A stretch of DNA of 64,000 nt from Anaeramoeba ignava BMAN (Eukaryota; Protista; Anaeramoebae): positions 744,001 through 808,000 of the forward strand of contig JAPDFW010000092.1 in assembly GCA_028826165.1 (NCBI GenBank), written 5' to 3'. Below the pieces are notes generated by a model, which saw only the letters and a list, made by a program, of their open reading frames with translations, was not told where the DNA came from and did not search any database. Positions 56,501 through 64,000 of the stretch are shown here, one piece after another. Within the stretch, counting starts at the first letter, position 1. Each line of letters starts with the position of its first letter. The position numbers and the translations under genes are program-made.

Positions 56501-56709
56501 AAAAGAAAAATAAAACGAAATCAAATCTTTTTTGTTTTTAATTAGTTTAAAAATTTATTTACATCTCGAATTGATAAACTTTTTCCATAAGAAACTAAAC
56601 GTTTAATTTTTTTAAGATTTCCATTTATTGAAGCAATTAAAAGTGTATCAATAAGATTATTATTATTATTATTAATATTATTATTATCATTATTATTATT
56701 ATTAATCAT
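53511..56709 (-). CDS. Ankyrin-repeat + tandem BTB protein, 21 exons including 13 three-nucleotide microexons (~492 aa)
   Basis: Ankyrin exons 56563-56709, 56245-56340, 55922-56017, 55621-55716, 55323-55418, 55008-55103, 54673-54765; terminal BTB-BTB exon 53511-54230. All 20 introns are GT-AG and phase 0. Confidence 0.9.
54594..54596 (-). other. 3-nt microexon 13 (AAT, Asn)
   Basis: tccag|AAT|gtaaat. Confidence 0.82.
54843..54845 (-). other. 3-nt microexon 12 (CAA, Gln)
   Basis: aatag|CAA|gtaaaa. Confidence 0.82.
54931..54933 (-). other. 3-nt microexon 11 (CAA, Gln)
   Basis: tttag|CAA|gtaaaa. Confidence 0.82.
55175..55177 (-). other. 3-nt microexon 10 (AAT, Asn)
   Basis: tttag|AAT|gtaaaa. 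Confidence 0.82.
55260..55262 (-). other. 3-nt microexon 9 (GAT, Asp)
   Basis: tttag|GAT|gtattt. Confidence 0.82.
55484..55486 (-). other. 3-nt microexon 8 (TGG, Trp)
   Basis: attag|TGG|gtaatt. Confidence 0.82.
55556..55558 (-). other. 3-nt microexon 7 (GAT, Asp)
   Basis: tttag|GAT|gttgag. Confidence 0.78.
55784..55786 (-). other. 3-nt microexon 6 (AGA, Arg)
   Basis: tttag|AGA|gtttgt. Confidence 0.75.
55857..55859 (-). other. 3-nt microexon 5 (GCT, Ala)
   Basis: tttag|GCT|gtaaaa. Confidence 0.82.
56096..56098 (-). other. 3-nt microexon 4 (TAT, Tyr)
   Basis: aatag|TAT|gtaaat. Confidence 0.82.
56167..56169 (-). other. 3-nt microexon 3 (ATT, Ile)
   Basis: tttag|ATT|gtaaaa. Confidence 0.82.
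56408..56410 (-). other. 3-nt microexon 2 (GAA, Glu)
   Basis: caaag|GAA|gtaaaa. Confidence 0.8.
56475..56477 (-). other. 3-nt microexon 1 (AAT, Asn)
   Basis: tttag|AAT|gtaaaa. Confidence 0.82.
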
Positions 56710-56920
56710 TTTAATTTATTTATTTATTTAAAGAAAAAAAAAATGAAAAAAAATTTTTCGCTTTTTTTTTTCCACTTTTTTACTTTTTTTTTTTCTTTAA
56801 CGGTTTTAAATTTTAATTTATTTTTATAAATTAAGATCGTTAAAACATTTTTCCTTTCTCATTTTTTTTTTTTATTTCTTTTATTTTTCAATTTAAATTT
56901 ATAATAAAATAATAAAAATA

Positions 56921-59900
56921 ATGTCAAGTCGAAAATCTTCAAAAAAATCAAATCAAAAAAAATCAAATCAAATCAAAAAAAATCAAATAGAAAGAAATTA
57001 AAACGTAAAAAAGAAGAAAAAGAAGAAGAAGATGATGATGATTTGAAACCAAAATCTGTGAAAAAACTTTTTAAATCCAAAATTACAAGTTTAATATCTC
57101 CTTCATTTAAAGAATTTAAAAGCAAAAAATTTTCAGTTTCAAATTTAACAAAAAGATGGAATAATAAATTTAAATCAAATTTAAAAAATGGAATGGTTGA
57201 TTTATTAAATTCAATTCTTCAAGTAAAATGAAAAAAAAATTATTTTTCTTCTTGTTTTTTTTTTTTTGATCCACTTTTTTATTCTTTCTTTCTTTCTTTT
57301 TTTCTGTTTTTGAAAAATAGATTTCTAAAGTTAAATTCCAAATTAAAAATTTACATTTTAAAGATGAAAAGAAAGTTTTACAAGAATTCAAAAAAAAAAC
57401 GGAAAAAAGAATTCAATTAAAAGAATCATATTTTTCAAATTCATTCAAAAAAAACTACAGAAAATTTTGGAAACAAATTGCAAAAATTTTTAAAGAGAAA
57501 GAACAAGAAAAAGAAAATTTTGATCTTTTCTATCAATGGCTAACAATCATTTCAAACACAAACAATATTGTGCTTAGATACTTATCAACATTTACAGGAC
57601 TTGTTTTGCTGTCAGAAATCATTTCTCGATTAAATTCTATTGATCAAGAATTATCCCAAAAAAAAAACTACTGGAACGAAAAAAAACAAGATAAATCAAT
57701 GAAAAATGAACTGAAAACACTTCTCAAATTTGTTTCTGATTTATTTAAATCTTTTTTTGAAATGAGAATTCGGGACAGTGAATTTCAAATTCGGGAAATG
57801 TGCATGAATTATTTCCTTAAATGGGCATTAATAAGACCTCAGTTTTTTTTGATGGAACAGAGAATCTATTGCATTGGCCAGATGCTTTTTGATAAAAAGA
57901 AGGAGATCAGATTAAGCTGTGTTCATTTACTACAAAAATTGTATTCCAAAAAAAAGCATTTTGAGCATTTAACAAATTTCACAAAAGATTTCCGAAAAAG
58001 ACTTGTCGAGATGCTTGACGATAAAATTGTTAATATCCGAGCCGAGATGTTTGTTCTTATGAACCAAATCTATCAAATTTATCCTCCAAAACATCAAGAA
58101 ATTGAGAAGATTGTTAGTCTTTTGAGTGATTTCAATTCAAGAGTAAGACACGAAGCAGGAAAGTTATTTGTGGATATTTTGTTGACAAAGGAGGTTGAAT
58201 CAGACCTGAAAAGAATCAAACAATCCAAGAATAGCAAACTTAAATCACTTTATCTTCTTGATCGATTGATTCATCTTCTCAAAAAGCATTCCAATACATC
58301 TCAATACGAGATTATAATTGATTCCATTTGGATCCATTTTGATGCTTTAGATGACTGGGAAATAATTGTGGATTTACTACTTATGGATCAGGAATCCTTA
58401 CCAAAAGAAGATGAAACAAGTCCTGAAGAGCTTAAAATTACAAAAAAACTCATTTCAAAACGCTCTTTATTGATCGATTTACTCAAAATGGTTGTTCGCA
58501 AGGCTGCTAATCAGAATTTAACTGAATCACGTTCCAAATTTGTTAATTATTACCAACCAACCAAAATATCAAGCAAATTGATTAAAGAGAAGAAGAAGAA
58601 GAGCCACAAACATGTTTCATCTGTGATTGAAAAATATCATCAACTTCTTGAGAAATTCCAACCTGAAACTGAATACATCCCAATAATAGTCGAAATACTT
58701 GGCTATTTCCCATTGAAAGTGATTGTGAAATCTCAACAACAGAATACTTTCCTCTCTTTGCTTCGCAAAACAAAGGATCTCTTTTTCAAGCACAATAATC
58801 TCGCTGTTTCTCAGGCTTGTGTCAACTTATTGAAGAAAATCATTGATCTGAACAAACCAATATCTTCCAAAGTGGAAATTATTTTGACGGAACTTATTAA
58901 TGAAGTGAAAGATGGCTTTATTGATTCAATGAAGGATTTCGAAGAGATTATCCAAAGAAAAGAAAGTGATTCAGACTCCAAATCTCAGATTGAAGCCCAA
59001 CTCACAAGATTAAGAAGTGTTTCTCAACAAATGATAATTGGATTTTATTTTGATCAACTTTATCCCTTATTGAAAAGAATTGTTGTTCTTTCTGTTTCAA
59101 TGGCAGATGATTTAGGAATACAGATGATCTCTGATGGTTATTATTGTATGCATCATTTACTGATTTGGAAGTTTGGGGAAATTGTTCAAAAAGAAAAAAC
59201 TCGTTATTTAAAGGAAAAAAGCGAGAATCAAAATCAAAATCAAAATGAAAATAACGAAAACAATAACAATAACAATAACAATAACAATAACAATAACAAT
59301 AACAATGAAACTGAAGAAAATGTTGATGAAAATACTAAAATGATCCATAAATTTGTCACAAAAAGAGATAATTTCCTTGAATATGCACAACAACTTTTCG
59401 AAAAAGGTTCAAACGAAATCAAAAGAGCTCTTTTTGATATTTTATCAAGTTGTTTTATGCTTTACTCACATCAAGTCAATAATCTTTCATTCACTCCAGA
59501 AATCACAACACAAAATAAACTACTTGCTCATTTCGAAGAGGAAATTCAAAGATTACTTGATGATTCGCAGCAAACAAACAAAATGCAAGATCAAACAGTG
59601 GAATCCATTTTCCATCTTTTAAGCCAAATGACAAATCTGATTCTTGTTGGGTCAGTTCCTCTTGCATTTTCTTCAAATTTGATGGCCATGTATGAATGGG
59701 AATTTCCTAATAAATCAGCAACTCAAGAAATTTTAAGGAAAGTTTTCCGCAAACTGATCTCAACTCATCAAAATAACCCAAATTTAAGAAGAACTATAAT
59801 TTTTGAAGCTTTGAAAAATGATTTTACAAAATGTTTAGAAAGAATTGAGGAGATCAAAGAAATGGGGAATCAAGAGAAGAAAGAAGATGAATATCATAGT

Positions 59901-60464
59901 GATTATGAAAGTGATTATAAAAGTGATTCTGAAAATCCAAATCAAGAAAACAATGAAAATTCAAATCAAGAAAAAAAGGATAAAAAGATTGAAGAGAGAA
60001 AAAGCCAATTTATTGCTCTTTCTCGGTCTTTAGCCAATATTCTTTCCAAAGAAGTTGATTCAACAAACTTTGAAATTGGTCAATTAATTAGTAATGGGAT
60101 TTCTTATGCAAGACAATCATTCCCAACAAAAGTGTTTTTTTTTGAAGGATTAAAAGAATTTTTCCCTAAAATTCATGATGGTGATGAATTCAATAGCGTT
60201 ATTAATTTCTTGAATGCAAATCTAGTTAGAACAACTTTGGAACCTGAAATTGAGAAATTGACAGAATGGAAAAATTATGCAAAACTTGAAAAAAGAAAAT
60301 TTATTACAAGTTCCAAATCATCAATTGGTTTACAATCAGTTCCAACAACTGGAAAAAAAGAAAAAACGAAAATAAATGAAAATGAAAATGAAAATGAAAA
60401 TGAAAATGAATATGTTAGTCCAAATGAAGATGATTATGAATCTCCAGATGAAAACCAAGATTGA
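56921..60464 (+). CDS. Cohesin subunit STAG/SCC3-like, divergent (intron ~57223-57320; frameshift in the 5' low-complexity region)
   Basis: RIRDSEFQIREMCMNYFLKWALIRPQFFLMEQRIYCIGQMLFDKKKEIRLSCVHLLQKLY..FTKDFRKRLVEMLDD matches the stromalin conserved domain; helical HEAT-like remainder. Confidence 0.8.
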
Positions 60465-60690
60465 ATTCATTCAAACAAAAACAAAAACAAAAACAAAAAC
60501 AAAAACAATTTTAATTGATTTTTTTTTAAGAACTTTTTTAGGAACTTTTTTTTTAAAACAAAATTCAAAACAAAATTCAAAACAAAATTTTTATTTTTCT
60601 TTTTAAAATTTTTATTCTTATTTTTTTAAAGAAAAAAAAACGGAATTTGAATTGGAATTTAATTAGTAAAAAAAAGAAAAAATTAAATGT

Positions 60691-63243
60691 TTAATCAAAT
60701 TTAATTTCTTGATAAACTTTTTTAAGAAAAATGAATGAAGCAAAAAACCCAATTGAACCAAATAAAAGGAAAAATATTGAACTAAAAATGATTGAATATC
60801 CAAAAAAGTATAAGAATTGAAGAAAACCATTCATTGTTGATTGAAAGAAGTAATAAAAGAAAGAGTAGAAAAAAATGTAGATACCAATTGAACTAAAAAT
60901 TTTTATATTTTAATTTATAATTTAATTTATAATTTAATTTATAATTTTATTTATAATTTTATTTATAATTTAATTTATAATTTAATTTATAATTTAATTT
61001 ATATTTTTATTTATAATTTTATTTATAATTTTATTTATAATTTAATTTATAATTTAATTTATAATTTTATTTATAATTTGATTTATAATTTAATTTATAA
61101 TTTAATTAATAATTTAATTTATAATTTTATTTATAATTTTATTTATTATTTTATTTATAATTTAATTTGTAATTTATTTATAATTTTATTTATAATTTAA
61201 TTTATAATTTAATTTATAATTTTAATTTATAATTTAATTTATAATTTTATTTATAATTTAATTTATAATTTAATTTATAATTTTAATTTATAATTTTATT
61301 TATAATTTTATTTATAATTTTTATTTATAATTTTATTTATAATTTTAGTTTATAATTTTATTTATAATTTTTATTTATAATTTTTATTTATAATTTTATT
61401 TTAATTTTATTTATAATTTTATTTATAATTTTAATTTTATAATTTTTATTTATAATTTTATTTATAAATTTTATTTATAATTTTATTTATAATTTTATTT
61501 ATAATTTTATTTATAATTTAATTTATAATTTAATTTATAATTTATAATTTAATTTTATAATTTATTTTATAATTTAATTTATAATTTAATTTATAATTTT
61601 ATTTATAATTTTATTTATAATTTAATTTATAAATTTAATTTATTTTAATTTTATTTATAATTTTAATTTATAATTTTTATTTATAATTTAATTTATAATT
61701 TTATTTATAATTTAATTTATAATTTTATTTATAATTTTATTTATAATTTTATTTATAATTTAATTTATAATTTTATTTATAATTTAATTTATAATTTAAT
61801 TTATAATTTTATTTATAATTTTATTTATAATTTTATTTATAATTTAATTTATAATTTAATTTATAATTTAATTTATAATTTTATAATTTTATTTATAATT
61901 TTATTTATAATTTAATTTATAATTTTATTTATAATTTAATTTATAATTTAATTTATAATTTAATTTATAATTTAATTTATAATTTAATTTATAATTTAAT
62001 TTATAATTTTATTTATAATTTAATTTATAATTTTATTTATAATTATTTTTATAATTTAATTTATAATTTAATTTATAATTTAATTTATAATTTAATATTA
62101 ACCCTCCATTAAAAAAAGATTTCCACCACCAATTATAATCCATTGCAGAAATTCGTAAATAAGTCATAAGTACAACAGAAGTTATAACAGAGATTATTAA
62201 AAGAAGAAAAGAAAGAAACAAAGTAGATTGATAACCATAAATATAAATTGTCCAAAATGAAGAAAATGCATAAAATAATTCAACATGAATAATAGAAAAT
62301 GGAACAGCTCCAGAAATTAAAATACTCATCTTTGTTTTTAAATACCATGGTAAATCTGGTATTTGTTTAGGTCTTGGATTAACTCTACATGGAACATCAA
62401 GTGTAGCTTTTGAATTTTTGCCAATTAATCCAAAAAGTAGTGATAAAGGAAGTGTAACTAAAATAATTTTGATTTTAATTTTAATTTTGATTTTAATTTT
62501 AATTTTAATTTTAATTTTAATTTTGATTTTAATTTTAATTTTAATTTTGATTTTAATTTTAATTTTAATTATAATTTTAATTTTAATTTTAATTTTGATT
62601 TTAATTATAATTTTGATTTTAATTTTAATTATAATTTTGATTTTAATTTTAATTTTGATTATAATTATAATTTTAATTTTAATTTTAATTGTAATTTTAA
62701 TTTTGATTTTAATTATAATTTAATTTTAATTGTAATTTTAATTTTAATTGTAATTTCAATTTTAATTTTATTTATAATTTTAATTTTGATTTTAATTTAT
62801 AATTTAATTTGTAAAGATAACACACCAAAAATCCACAAAAGAAAAAGTTTAAATAGAAGTGAAAATGGAAGAGTTATTTCACTTGAATATAAGAAAGCAA
62901 AAAAATTAAGAGTTAAGAAAATCAAGAACAAGGGAAGAGAAAATAACAAAGTAGTTAAAACAATATTTCTTGACCAAAACGGACCTTCAAATTGTTTATA
63001 AATTCGTGAAGAGAAAATAGCAAGAAATTCCTGAAGTGAGGAAATATGCAAACAATACAATTTTGGTCATGTATCCTTGGAAATGAGTCATAAATGGTGT
63101 TAATTGAACAAAAATAAGCAAAAATATAATTATTATAAGAAAATAAGCTCCTATTCCAAAAAAAGATGATAAGATTTGAATATTTTCTGGAATTCTAAAA
63201 ACATCTCCATAAATTGCTTTCCATCCTGAAGAATCTTCAATAT
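60691..63243 (-). CDS. TM9SF/EMP70 nonaspanin, 3' part (upstream exons lie outside the window)
   Basis: SGWKAIYGDVFRIP, PCRVNPRPKQIP, GAVPF..HVELFY, DYNWWWKSFFNGG|S, C-terminal VYQEIKFD* (KxD). Confidence 0.9.
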
Positions 63244-64000
63244 CTTTTTTATTTGAATTAAATTTATTATTAAAATTATTATTAAATTTATTATTTAATT
63301 TATTATTTAATTTATTATTAAAATTTATTATTAAAATTATTATTAAAATTATTATTAAAATTATTATTAAAATTATTATTAAAATTATTATTAAAATTAT
63401 TATTAAAATTATTATTAAATTTATTATTAAATTTATTATTAAATTTATTATTAAATTTATTATAAAATTTATTATTAAATTTATTATTAAAATTATTATT
63501 AAATTTATTATTGAAAATTATTATTAAAATTTATTATTAAAATTATTATTAAAATTTATTATTAAATTTATTATAAAATTTATTATAAAATTTATTATTA
63601 AATTTATTATTAAAATTTATTATTAAAATTATTATTAAAATTATTATTAAAATTATTATTAAATTTATTATAAAATTTATTATTAAATTTATTATTAGAA
63701 TTTATTATTAAAAAATTATTATTAAATTTATTTTAAAAATTATTATTAAATTTATTATTAAATTTATTATTAAAATTATTATTAAAATTATTATTAAATT
63801 TATTATTAAAATTATTATTTAATTTATTATTAAATTTATTATTAAAATTATTATTAAAATTATTATTAAATTTATTTTAAAATTATTATTAAAATTATTA
63901 TTAAATTAATTATTAAAATTATTATTAAAATTTATTATTAAAATTATTATTAAATTTATTATTAAATTTATTTATTAAAATTTATTATTAAAATTATTAT
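63244..64000 (-). repeat. (TTATTAAAATTA)n-expanded intron of TM9SF, running off the window
   Basis: AG acceptor at 63244-63245 adjoining a pure AT repeat. Confidence 0.75.

Overview
This is a gene-dense, extremely AT-rich eukaryotic (protist) chromosome segment using the standard code and GT-AG spliceosomal introns. It is compatible with a metamonad such as Anaeramoeba, which is an inference from style only. About 22 protein genes can be reconstructed by hand: an ABCC-like transporter (partial), POP4/Rpp29, an LRR-SAM-pseudokinase, a CIPK with NAF motif, ATG10, SmF with a long tail, PRA1, PH-RhoGAP-SH3, VPS53, TAPT1, PIG-A, a membrane alkaline-phosphatase-superfamily protein, CSN1, Kelch-BTB-BTB, BTB-TLDc, Ras, a USP37-like DUB, a UBA-like unknown, ankyrin-BTB-BTB, STAG/SCC3 and TM9SF (partial). 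Most short ORFs in the supplied track are artefacts of microsatellite-filled introns. The standout is the ankyrin-BTB-BTB gene (53511-56709, minus strand). Each ankyrin repeat is its own phase-0 exon of 93-96 nt (the first lies in a 147-nt exon). The variable beta-hairpin residues of the D/N-x-x-G-x-T-P-L-H motif are each encoded by a separate 3-nt, single-codon microexon (AG|NNN|GT), 13 in total. Several one-base frameshifts at homopolymer runs suggest an imperfectly polished assembly. All coordinates were read by hand.
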